DNA of 54,179 nucleotides, the filler included, from Dirinaria sp. TL-2023a (taxonomy: Eukaryota), in NCBI GenBank assembly GCA_051941275.1. It is 2 parts of 2 records of this genome, joined end to end, with 100 filler letters (N's around TTAATTAATTAA, not from the genome) between each part and the next. Parts side by side here need not be neighbours in the genome. Positions count along the whole stretch, not along the records: positions 1 to 27,076 come from JAVEBF010000151.1; positions 27,177 to 54,179 come from JAVEBF010000152.1. One strand, given 5' to 3'. Positions within the stretch are counted from its first letter, which is position 1. Each line of letters begins with the position of its first letter. Shown here one piece after another: positions 23,132-34,221 of the stretch. Position numbers and translations under genes: made by a program. The notes below the pieces were generated by a model, which had not been told where the DNA came from, ran no database searches, and saw only the letters and a list, made by a program, of their open reading frames with translations.

Positions 23132-26100
23132 ATGGCCGCGGTGGCTCCGGCGCGCATCGAAGCCCACACTTCCGAAACAGCCTACCCCATGGATGACGGT
23201 GACCTGGATGCCGAGGGCGAGGAAGACCCTGGGATTGGATACCAAATCGGCACTGAACCGCAAAGCGATGCTGCTGCTGAGGACGCGGAAGTCTCGGACG
23301 GGGCTCCCAGCGAGGAAAGCGAACAGGAGGAAGAGGACGACACCGACGAGGACGAGGCGCCTCAAAGACAGAGGAAGCTGTCGAAGGCAAAAAAGAGGGT
23401 AGTAAGTGATGATGAGGTGGTCGAAGGTGCTGAGGAGGACGAAGACAGTAGTGCTGCTGAAGAGGATGGCTCAGATAAAGAATCGAGTGATGCAGAATCT
23501 GCAGCTGCGGAAGAGTGGGAAGGCGGCAGTGAGGGTGGTGAAGATGCTGAAGTTGGAATTGCGAACCGGAATAACTGCATGTAAGCATGTACGACAGCGG
23601 CCAGCGTGGGAGTGGTGTACTGAAATTTTACAGATTCTGCCTCCAGGATGAAGAACATGATCCGAGCGAGGAATTCGAAGAATACATGGCGTGTGTGGTG
23701 TGTGGAGATAATTGTGAGTATTTTGGTCTCGTTTTTGGTGTTTTGATATTGGGAAAGATCAAAAGTTCCCAAATGATCAGCCGGATGATTCCTGCCCTAC
23801 TGCACTAGCAAAAGTAGGTGACGAACATCACGGATCCAAGGCTAACCGATTCTGCAGCGCATCGGCAATGTGCCCGAGACGCCAATTCGTTGGCTTCAGA
23901 CGAGGGTAAGCCAAGCCATTCATATTGCCATACAAGTGATTGCTTACAGCATTCATCATCATCATCACTAACGTCTCTTCCAGAAGCCGAGAATTGGAGA
24001 TGTCCACAATGTGTCGATAACGCTCTTGAACCCGACACAAATGCCGAGATAGAAGCTGCCAGGAGACGACGGTCTTCGGCATCAAGACTAACAAGAGATT
24101 TACTACCAGCTGCACGTGGCACCTCAAGGCCTGGCTCACATTCCATATTCAATACTCTCATCATCGACGATGACCCCTTGGATGGCTCTCGCTCGCTGCG
24201 GAAGCGCAAGGCTACCGAGGAGCAAGAGGACACCACTACCGCTACTCCCGCCAAGCGAAGGAAACCGAGCAGTTCGAAGCCTACCTCGGAACGGTCAGCC
24301 TCCGCCGCTGTTGCTGAAATCAAAGTAACTGAAGACGATGCTACTGAGAATCCCGAAGCTGTAAGTGGGCCTGCACGAAAGTCAAGGTCCTCGCGTCCAT
24401 CTCGTTCGCGGAGGCTGAAGAGCATTGACCCTGGCCATGTCACCATTACGACGAATGATAGAGATAGTATTCTCTTGCGCATTCGCCTGAATCCTTTGAA
24501 GTTGGCAGGTGCCCTGAGCTCTTCTCCAAAGAAAAAGAGGAGCAGGCCATCGCGGCCTTCAAGGGCTGTTGAGCGGCCGGAGCCCGTACTTCCCGCACGC
24601 ACTTTCACTTCTCAATACGCGGCACCCTTCTACGCGTTTCACGAACGCGAGAATGATGAGCTCAAATCGAAGCCATATGGCGGCATCTTATCCGATGAGG
24701 ACGCTCAAACGTCCAAAACCCTGCCTCTACAAGCCGATCGAGTCAAGTTCAACGAAGCTCGACAGAAGGCCGAGGAGGAATGGAAGCTGAAGACGGTCTC
24801 TGCAGAAGCCGAACTCGAAAGCAAGCCTCGCTCGTCTCAAAAGGTCTCGGGTCCACCCAGCAAAATCAAATGTGTTAACATTGGTGGGTACGAGGTCGAG
24901 ACGTGGTATGCAGCTCCCTACCCCGAAGAATACAGCCGTAATCGTGTCCTCTACATCTGTGAATTCTGTCTAAAATACATGAACTCCGACTACGTTGCCT
25001 GGAGGCATAAATTGAAGTGCCCGGCCAAGCACCCGCCGGGCGACGAAATCTACCGCGATAAATCCATCTCTGTGTTCGAGGTGGACGGTCGAAAGAATCC
25101 TGTTTACTGCCAAAACCTTTGTCTTCTTGCGAAATTGTTCCTTGGGTCTAAAACCTTGTATTACGATGTCGAACCTTTTCTCTTCTATGTAATGACCGAG
25201 TACGACGAGCTCGGCTGCCATTTCGTCGGTTACTTCTCGAAGGAGAAACGACCGAGCAGCCAGAACAACGTCTCTTGTATTCTCACGCTGCCCACACACC
25301 AGCGCAAAGGATACGGCAATCTCCTGATCAGCTTCTCCTACCTCCTCACACGCGTCGAAGGCAAGACTGGCTCCCCGGAGAAACCCTTGTCCGACATGGG
25401 ACTCGTCTCTTACCGTAACTACTGGCGCCTGGTCCTCTCCTACGAACTCTGCGACCAGAACAAGCCCCTCAGCATCGTGGACCTTTCCAACCGGACCGGC
25501 ATGACGGCCGACGACATTGTCGCCGCGCTCGAAGGCCTGCGCGCTTTAGTGCGAGATCCCCTGACTAAATCTTACGCATTACGTCTCGATAGGGACTACC
25601 TGAAGCAATGCATCGAGACCTGGGAGGCCAAGGGCTACGTCACCCTCAACCCGGAGGCGCTGGTCTGGACTCCGTACATCATGGGCCGCAGCAACTTGTC
25701 GCACTACGACCACGCACCTGCACTGCCAACCGTCGCCCCACGCGAGGGCGAAGACGACGACAAGCCCATCGCGCCCGAGGAAGGTGTGCAGCAGACTCTC
25801 AAAGCAGCCGCAATGACAAATGGCGAAAACGGCAGCAGCTCGATGAACGGTATAACCCCCACAACCGAAGCAGAAGCGCCCTCGAACCCCAACGGCGACC
25901 ACTCCCTTGCCCCACGCCCGGCCCACCACCGACAAATCGAGATCCCACCTTCGCCCGCCGCTCTCTCTTCCACAATAGAAACTCCCTTCAACAAGACCAA
26001 CGGCGGCTCCCCGGCCATCCCACCCTGGCGCTACGAACTCTTCCCTCCCATCCCAGGCACCGCTTCCCGCAACCGACGCGGCGGCCCTCGTTCGGGTGCG

Positions 26101-26481
26101 GGCCGCCGCTTCGCCAACCCTGCCTCGGCCAGTAGCCCCGCCATCGCAGCCACCACCCCAATCCGGCGCAGCCAAGTCTTCAGCGGATCTGCCGCCGCCC
26201 CAGCAGCAGGCAAACCGAGCCCTTCGCGCCTTCTCGCCACCGCAGGTGGTGCTGGTGGTGCTGGGGGACGTACAAGTCGCAGCAGCACCTCTGCCCCACC
26301 GCCTCCCGCGAGCGAACGCAAAACGCGAAGCAGCGCGCGCGGAAGCAGCCAGGATGGGAATGGCACGAGGAATGGGAAAAAGCAGCTTGTACTCCTTGGT
26401 GGCGTGGATGGCGCTATGGATGAGGAGGAGAGTAGTGGCAGCAGCAGCAGCAGCGAGAGCGAAGAAGAAGATGATGATGAA

Positions 26482-26512
<31 letters not shown>

Positions 26513-26715
26513 TATTGCCTGAGATCGAGGAAGGGGTCATGGATGATGATGCGGAGGCCGAGAAACAGCTTCTGGGCGCTGTGGGCAGGCATGTTCCTCC
26601 TCCTCCTGCTGCTGCTGAGGAGGGGGAGAGGGACGCGGAGTTTGAAGTTGGGGAGGGAGAGGAGGAGGAGGAGGAGGATGAAGATGATGATGAAGATGAG
26701 GATGAGGAGGAGTAG
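23132..26715 (+). CDS. SAS3: MYST-family histone acetyltransferase with N-terminal PHD-type finger (Sas3-like), 1102 aa, 4 exons (23132-23580, 23634-23713, 23858-23905, 23984-26715)
   Basis: [12 protein letters not shown]2HC finger [26 protein letters not shown] acetyl-CoA motif and [11 protein letters not shown]. Spliced PHD reads CIFC..CVVCGDNSHRQC..WRCPQC. Confidence 0.92.
26418..26712 (+). repeat. Low-complexity GAR/GAT/AGC triplet tracts encoding the poly-Glu/Asp/Ser tail of SAS3
   Basis: Runs such as agcagcagcagc, gaagaagaa, gaggaggag and gatgatgat are directly visible. Confidence 0.8.
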
Positions 26716-27076
26716 ATGCATCTCTCCTGTGGAGAGGTCTCCGCATACATAGAATCAGCGGTAGCGAGACGGCTCGCTAATTCATGTACGTATTGATGTT
26801 TGCGTACGTGTATTTCATAGCGAAGCCGAAACATGCGTCTATCTGCATGTACTGTATGTTGTTTTTGTTTGTAAAACCGATACCAGCAGCAGCCAGTAGA
26901 AAGTGTATGTTTCGAGAGAGAGGGAGCAATAAGGTAGTCCTTCCGTTTTCTGTAACTCTTTAAAAAGAAAAAAAGAAAATTGAATTTCGTATCTTGGGAG
27001 TATCAGACAAGTAAGTTTGTTAATTGGGAAGATATCGAAGCTTCCTGTGTACTTGTGATATAGATTGGAATAGCAC

Positions 27077-27176
27077 NNNNNNNNNNNNNNNNNNNNNNNN
27101 NNNNNNNNNNNNNNNNNNNNTTAATTAATTAANNNNNNNNNNNNNNNNNNNNNNNNNNNNNNNNNNNNNNNNNNNN
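27077..27176. other. Artificial assembly gap or contig linker
   Basis: 44 N + TTAATTAATTAA (27121-27132) + 44 N, exactly 100 nt. The core gives stops in all six frames, as in standard concatenation spacers. Confidence 0.97.
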
Positions 27177-27533
27177 GTCAACAGAATTGAGAGTAGCGAG
27201 GTCAGGACAGGGCAGGGTTTGCTAGCAAAGGAGGAGAGAAAAGATTGTGAGATATTTTTTCTGGAGCTTGAATTTCAAAAAAAAAAAAAGAAAGAAAAAA
27301 AAAAACCAAGACAGGTCCAAAAAGCCTTAATTTAGCTAGCTAGATAAGCAAATTTCGCATAGCAGAATTTTTCCATTCATAAGGTTACATCTGAATATTC
27401 TCAGCGTGCACATAAGCTAGAAAGAAACCCCCGATTCCGCCCCAGCATCGCAAAATTTACAAGCCAGTTGTCAAGGGGGCCAACAGAACAGGACGAAAAT
27501 AGGTCCAGTGAGAAGCAAGATTTGGAGAAGACC

Positions 27534-28655
27534 TTAGGCCGCTTTACTATTGTCGAGCTTCCCGCGACGCTCCAAGCCCTTGACGGACCAGGGGAAATGC
27601 GCTACCGGTACGATGAAGAAGCTGCACGCATATATCATCAGTACTCAAGATCAGTTTTCAGAACGAATATCTAGAGATAATAACAGACCTGTTTGAGTCA
27701 TCGAGAATCCCAGCGAGCGCGTTGTACCAGGCCAAGAACGCGGCCAGTAGCGCGAAGAAGCCTCCCGCCTTCTCGACCGGCGTGTTCACCATGCCTGCGG
27801 CATTCGGGTGCAGATACGCGATACCAAGGAGTAGGAAGGCCATATCGAGCGTGAAGAACAGGCTGAAAAAAGCCACTGTCGAGCGGAGCGTGGCGAGTAG
27901 GAGCAGGAAGGTGAAGATGAACCATCCCTGTTTTCCAGATTTCTACTCAGTGATCGAGAGGGAAAAGGGGGCTGTAGAGCGGCTATGGGACGAGATACGC
28001 ACCATCAAGAAGAAACCAAAAGAATTCCGGAATGCAGCGGCATCCTGAGCGGTTTCGATGGTCGTCTCAATCGCGAAACCGCCGGGGGTGAGGATGATGC
28101 CGAAGGCAATCCAAAAACCCCCATAAGAGGACAGGGCAGTAGCACCGAACGTATTTCCCACCGCCATCTCCCTGAATAAGATTACTCATCTAGCTATCAC
28201 CGTTTCCGCCAAGCTTTGAACAATACGAGGAAGAATAGTGCAGTGACGTACCACATGCCTGCAAGTAATTGCACCAGCCCACCGTACCCGAAAGCGGCAC
28301 CAACCACGATATTCGGCGTGGTGACCCCAGCGGTTCCCATGTTGATCAATCCCAACACGAACGTCGTGAGGGCGAATCCGCACAACCCCATCGGGGCGGG
28401 ATTGGCGATCTTGCGATCCTTCACCTGACGATATAAACCGGGCTGGAACTCGCCTCCGAAGGCCGGGAGACGGTCCTGCTGGGAGCTGACGTGCGCAAGA
28501 GGGCCATAACCGAAGCGAGCGGCAGCTTTGGCGGTTTCGTGTTCTTCATGGGTCATGTGGCGGTTTATGCCACCACTGTGCCCGGACATCTCTTTCTCCG
28601 CGCCGGTGCCGTTGGGAGCATTGCCCGTGTAAGAGGTGTTCGCTTCGATCGACAT
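27534..28655 (-). CDS. Gpr1/Fun34/YaaH (AceTr) acetate permease, AcpA/Ady2-like, 299 aa, 4 exons (28655-28252, 28171-28003, 27927-27689, 27621-27534)
   Basis: Signature motifs PAFGGEFQPG, ANPAPMGLCGF, WEMAVGNTFGATALSSYGGFW and AWYNALAG. Three GT-AG introns give 900 nt. Confidence 0.93.
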
Positions 28656-30671
28656 TCTGCTGAGGTGGAAGTGAAGTGAAAACTAGGAGCGAGAATTAAC
28701 CGGATGGCCACGGACTGTGAGCGAATGTACTGCGAGAGTACCTTGTAGCACCTGGTTTCACCTCTTGTAGCAGGGAGTCAAGCACCAGCTTGTTGAAATT
28801 GGTTAGCGACGTGAGAGGGTCGACTATGGATGGAAGAACGACGTGGGCGAGGGCAAGTGTTTATTTAGGGCCAGGTGAGCGGTGTTCAAGCCTGGGGAGG
28901 GTTGATTGACCCGAGGCTAAGATCGACGCAGCTTCACCCTGGTGAGGTGCGATGCTGTGGACGTATGCGGGAAAGCTTCGTTTTTCGACGTGATACGAAA
29001 TTGCACCAGTGGTTTGGGGGGGAATTGAGTCTGCAATATTAATGGAGATTACCTAACTCGTCTTCTCTATGCCTAGCGTCCCTTACCTCGGACACCAATA
29101 TCTACAACGCAATAATGAATGGGATGCTCTCCTTGGACCTCCTCGATGATACTTCACGTTTCCTTTCATCTGTCTTGAACGAAAGACGAGGGAGCCGACG
29201 AGAAGCGAGATGCGCCACAGCAGTGATTGGTACATGGAGCATCCCTAGCATTGGTAGCATGAGTGCAGAGTCAGCCCACCTCAGTCTCATCTCGATACCG
29301 AAAGCAACTGCCTCGGTGCATCTTCTCCCCCCCCCCTCCAAACCCCCCTTTCCCTGTCTGGTGGTTCCAATGGGCTTTCTGATTGGTGATATGTAGCTCC
29401 GGCCGCACTGCCGTTACCTTCGCTGATCCCCGCGTGATGTAATGCGCTAGGCTGTTTCCTCACCCTCAGCGCCTTGAGGTGGACTCACGTGAGTAAAAAT
29501 GTAGGCAAGGAATTAATGCATCAGCAGCATAAGTACATACTTACATGCAAAAGGCAGCTTCGTACTAAGGTAAGGTACTTATCTTTTGAAAAAGGTCCTT
29601 CCTTTGCTTCTCAATTCGTCACGGCGGTAGGATGACGTTCGATGTATTTGCTTTTAGCCTTGGGAAGGAACCGTTCGGGCCCAGAACAGGCTTCGGGAAC
29701 TGGGGCTTGGCACCCCCGGATTTTCTTCAAGCGGCGGGAAATTTGTCAGCCTCTGACACTTCGAGAAGTCCGGTCGGCACCCACAGGCCAAAGGAACCGA
29801 AGCACTAGCACTGTTGTAGTCGTCTCAGATGATTGAAGTATGACTGCCGGGCAAAGGGAACCCCATTTCTCCTCCCCTCTTACCACCCGACTGATATACC
29901 ACAACCCCTGAAGTTGCCTTACTTACTCGCCCACCCTTTTGCACAACCCATTCGGAGAATTGCCTTCCCTGGTTCAACGGTCGTGTCACTGCAGGCTGCA
30001 TGTGCAGTGCGCATGCTCGTAACGTGGCCAATGGTTGGTGTGCTGCAAGGACTGCCCGCAAATTGAGGCCAGGGTCCGTGATAAGGGTGACGAATCGGGG
30101 TCCTACTACATACAGTAAGCAGCTAGCCGAGCTGGCTAGCCTAATTCGGAGCATGTGCTTTCAATCGCCAGTCACGGAATTGACACTGTCAAGTAAGGGA
30201 TCCTGAAAGCTGTTAGAGACGCGAATTCGAATACCTTGCCAGGCCAGCAAGGTATCACCGTCAGGCCCAACGCCCCGATTTGCGACAGCTGAAACCATAT
30301 CGTGGAAATCAGCTTCTTCTACCTCCATATCAATGACCATAGAAATACTTAGTACAGCAAACCATGTGAAATTCGTGTAGCATGTTCTTTCTGCCTCGTC
30401 TTGAAGAGCACAGCGTAGAGATAATCCCCTTGTCAAATTCCACAGCCGCCTCGATATACACGAAGGTATACTGGGAGGAGAGATCTGATTGAAGCATCTA
30501 TGCTGAGTCTCACATACTCTTCCCTCCTTCGAATTCAGAAGTGAACTGCTTCGAATTTGTGTAGAAGTGCATGCACAAGCTGTGAAGAACCAAGAACCCT
30601 CGCTGTAGCCCTGCCCTATATAGGTACGGACATACGACCTGTTCTGGGATCGAGCAAGTGCAGATGGTATG

Positions 30672-30711
30672 AATAGAGACATTCGCTTATAAATAGAGAC
30701 ATTCGCTTATA
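30672..30711. repeat. Perfect 20-bp tandem duplication AATAGAGACATTCGCTTATA x2
   Basis: Directly visible in the sequence. Confidence 0.9.
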
Positions 30712-31397
30712 ACTTCACACCCTAGGTTGCTTCTTGTTTCTTATATCTTCTTTTTCTTTTTGGGATGCAGCTGAAAGGGTAGACTAAGAGCGGCAAGCGG
30801 GATCATATCGAGGTGGAGAATGAAGGAGGAGAAAGTAAGGACGAAGAGAAAGCAGAGACCGAGAGAGGGTATTTCAGGTCACGAAGTTCTGCTCTGCAAT
30901 CAGAAATGATTATTCATGTGCTCAAGGCGGAATTTTAGACTCCATCGATTCTCAAGGCAATTTGTATGTTGATACTGCCGAGGGAGATCATCAGGATTAC
31001 AGCAATGTCGAGAAGTCACGTTCTAGAAACACAAGAAACACTATCAAGCTGTGCGCCATTTTCAGTTGCAGACATGCTGTCCCCCAGGTGTTCTCTCACA
31101 GTTCCATGATGTGGGCTGTGCTTTTCTGTAGACAGTAGTAGTATGAAGCCTTCGCATGATCGTGCATTGTCTTGCAGGTCCTATACCCCTACAAGTTCGC
31201 CGTGCAGAGCTCAGAGAAAGAAGAGCAGATGGCGGGCTTGGATTGATACCAATCAAGAACATGCGTGAGTCTTTTCACTCTGTGTCGATGATTGCCAAAT
31301 CAGTCTGTTCTCCGCTCTATGAATATTCTGGAGCGGTGGTAAGGAATTTGAAATCCGACAAAGTTGGGGGAAAGGAAAAAAGTGGTTTCTTTTGCCC

Positions 31398-32108
31398 TTA
31401 ATCTACATCAGGAACGAAGATCTGCACCACTGCCAGCGCACGAAACTGTTCCATCAACAAGACTCCAAAACCCGGGATCTGCGTAAAGCAAGGTTCGAAT
31501 TCGCGGATTCCATGGTCCCGGCGCTCTTTCAACCACGCTGCCAACCCGCGGCAGATCTCCGTCCGGAGCATCGACGCTTCAGACGTGCGTGCCCATACAT
31601 CCATGACGAGCTCCATGTCTATTGGTTGGGATTTCTGATGATCCCACATCTCCCTCAGCTCCGCCAGCACCGCATGCATCAGTCCCTGGATTTGCAGCAT
31701 ATCCGCCAGGTAATAAATGCGACAAAGAAGGAAGCATGTGGCTTTGGTAATCGGAATATTGCGCTGCATGACGGGCACAAGTCCACGGTGCATCCAGAAT
31801 ACGACGTACTTGAATACTTCCGGGCTCTCGTCGGAAAGTGTAATTTCGTTGTTGACAGATTCCACGAAATGACCCGAGAATGCGCCTTGAAAGTACGCCG
31901 AATGGTGGCATAGCAGCGCTTTCGGAACAGAGAAGAGGGTTCTGTCGGCGGCGCCGACATAGACGGAAACAGAAGGCCCAGAAAGCATACTACTCCAGCC
32001 GTTAATGATATAACCTATGTTGACTCGATGAGTTGATGGGTTGGCAGACTCTAAGTATTCAGCAGAGGTTGCAGGGTACGTGTGCGAGGCTAGAGAGAAG
32101 AAGGCCAT
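31398..32108 (-). CDS. BTB/POZ domain protein
   Basis: VSVYVG..FSVPKALLCHHSAYFQGAFSGHFVES..ITLSDESPEVFKYVVFWMH..IYYLADML is a typical fungal BTB fold. 236 aa. Confidence 0.88.
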   Translation of the reverse strand: MAFFSLASHTYPATSAEYLESANPSTHRVNIGYIINGWSSMLSGPSVSVYVGAADRTLFSVPKALLCHHSAYFQGAFSGHFVESVNNEITLSDESPEVFKYVVFWMHRGLVPVMQRNIPITKATCFLLCRIYYLADMLQIQGLMHAVLAELREMWDHQKSQPIDMELVMDVWARTSEASMLRTEICRGLAAWLKERRDHGIREFEPCFTQIPGFGVLLMEQFRALAVVQIFVPDVD

Positions 32109-32529
32109 CGTGGGCTAGCTATCGTGCTGTTGCTAGATCATCTGCATTAGCTTGAAGGCACAAGGGATCAAGGACGTGGGAATAACAACCTTGAAGGATT
32201 TTTCAAAAGACTCGATTAGGGGCGAGACGGGAAGCAGCTTTGATAGTAATGTCGAGTCTGCGTAAATGGTCGTAAATTGCGGGTGTTGGAGGCTGACAAT
32301 TCCTTAGGGGTGGAGTTGGAGAGTGTTTGGTGGAGGAAGCGTGTCGAAGGGCCGAGTTTGCAAATACATAAACATTGGGCCGCGCAACCAAAAATCTACG
32401 AATACCTCCATAGCGTTGGTATGAGCTTCTCGCACCCAAGCAGTACGCATATGCCTGTAAAATCCAACCAGATTAAATGCGTGAACTTGATCCACCTCCT
32501 CAAGGACAGAAACACTATCTATGGGTCGT

Positions 32530-33093
32530 TTTCTCGCGACGTTCATCCCCTAGGAGCAAATCGTGCCTTTTACACAGTTCTATCAGATGCAGTTGCCAAA
32601 GGTTTGACAAAACACAGTAGATGTGCGGGTAAAGACATCGAAAAACGAGAGAAGCGTTTGCTATCGTCATCAAGAACAGGTTTTGGAGCCCGTATACGCT
32701 CTTTTGAGAGCTTGATAAACGTGAGATACTTCGACATGCTATTGAAATTGTTGTAATTGATAGTGTAGTAGTCTTTGGTAAGCTGCATAAACTCCGCGTC
32801 GTAGTTGCAATAGAGAACTTATCTCCTTTAGCATAGGATGATCATCATTGAATTTTGTCTGCGCAAGTTTCCGTTTGGCCATGTAGCTATTGGTAGGCGT
32901 CGTCACATCCAAAGCTTTCTCTGTTCGATCGTTCCCCTTTCTGACTTGCGCAACGTTAAGAAATTTCGAACGGCGGCGACTATGTATACTTTCAAAGATC
33001 CTTGCCTCGCGAGTGAGCTCGTGTATTCATGTATCATTCCGAGTCGTGGAGCAGCGTAAGTTGCCCTACAAGTGTCTTGAATTCGAACTCCAT
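32530..33093 (-). mobile_element. Decayed Ty1/copia LTR-retrotransposon gag (stops and frameshifts)
   Basis: From ATG 33093: MEFEFKTLVGQLTLLHDSE*YMNTRAHSRGKDL*KYT* resembles the gag N-terminal W..LW motif. Across frameshifts it continues EKALDVTTPTNS..KRKL..FNDDHPML..LLQ and DAEFMQLTKDYYTINYNNFNSMSKYLTFIKLSKERIRA..LDDD..MSLPAHL..V*KARF..DERR, resembling UBN2-type gag. Recognised from family knowledge only. Confidence 0.75.
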
Positions 33094-33208
33094 GCTGGTG
33101 ATCTTTTGCTGCTCTCTGCGGCTAACTTGCTACTTGCTGTAGCCCCTTCTCCACCGTTTGCTGCAGCTTAAGCTAGTACCTCCTGTAGCACCCAATGATA
33201 ATGTGCAA

Positions 33209-33331
33209 GGGCTCATAATTTATCGAAAATGCCTGGGTTTCATAGCGCTCCTAGCAAAGGAACACTTTTATGGGCATAACCTATATAAATATAGGCGTCT
33301 GATGTTTGCTAACATGGTTGCCGCATTGACA
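33209..33331 (-). mobile_element. Putative copia primer-binding site (33209-33220) and adjacent LTR remnant (far boundary uncertain)
   Basis: Minus strand reads ..TTTCGATA|AATTATGAGCCC, close to the copia pattern ..CA|GGTTATGAGCCC, about 115 nt upstream of the gag ATG. TA-rich box at 33281-33295. Candidate TGTCAA LTR starts at 33331 or 33528. Confidence 0.5.
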
Positions 33332-34221
33332 AGCATGATGAAAGAAATTAAAGACATCTATGAAAGGAAATCACACTGGGAAGGTGACCAAAGCGCCAAC
33401 ACAAAGGGCTATTTGTTTGATTAGCAGACATGAGTGTCTGAAAAGCATATCGGAACTCGATACCTGAGTCATATAGCTGCTTCATGATACACAAGCTTAG
33501 CGTAGCAATGTATGCAGAGGTCTTGACAAGATATATGAGTCTATGACCAAGACAACAACAGCCGACACAAGTGTTTCGTTTGTTGTCGAACTTGGTTTGG
33601 CAAAATCTCCCATGTATCGCTGAACCCTGTTTTTGTGTTGGCAACACGAGAGATTCTTTAATATTGGTTTGTAAGTAGTCTCCATGTGCAGTGAGAAATT
33701 TGGTACAAACAGTTTCGGAAATCGATTTTGCCTTTGGCTGTACTGACTAAATCTCGTGATATCTGTAGGATTCAAACACACATGTCGAGATTTATGTTGA
33801 CGTTTTGTGTCTGTCAGACATGAGCGGATCTGAAGCGTATGTGATTGACAGTGACTGCGCAGTGTCTTGCATAGTTTCGAGCAGAAGAAATCTTGAGTAT
33901 ATGCCCTCTATTATAAAACGATCATGTTGCGTAAGTGTGAGCACCTGGAAGCCGCTTTTGTAGATATCTTGTATCGGAGCCGAGCTGACAGGAATCTGTG
34001 CTGCTTTCTTACTTGAAAAGGCTTACTCCTGAAATGTAATCTGAGTCAAGAGTGTCATGTGCAGTGCATTGCCCAAAGCTAGACATCATGTAGCCTGCCA
34101 CATTTTCCAAGATCGAGCTTGGGGTCGGCCCAAGTCTTTACCAATGAGAGATCTGCTAGGATGATACCTCAGAGCTCATTTCCATTATTCGCATACCGCT
34201 CGATTTGGGTCAGATCCTCTA

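Noticed and set aside
25579..26834. Long antisense and alternative-frame ORFs (380, 267 and 218 aa) over the SAS3 3' end
   Set aside because: They are shadows of GC-rich, triplet-repeat coding sequence with low-complexity translations.
27121..27132. TTAATTAATTAA palindrome as a biological site
   Set aside because: It is centred in the N padding and is a synthetic spacer.
30161..30682. Minus-strand 173-aa ORF upstream of the acetate permease
   Set aside because: No recognisable domain or consistent splice model, and the composition is not convincingly coding.
32277..32756. Plus-strand 159-aa ORF
   Set aside because: It is antisense to the gag relic, starts at a non-ATG codon and has no recognisable motif.
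33158..33424. Plus-strand 88-aa ORF with faint copia RNase H-like words (GFIALLAK, NMVAALT)
   Set aside because: It is in the opposite orientation to gag, overlaps the better-supported PBS and LTR end, and lacks the catalytic Asp motifs.
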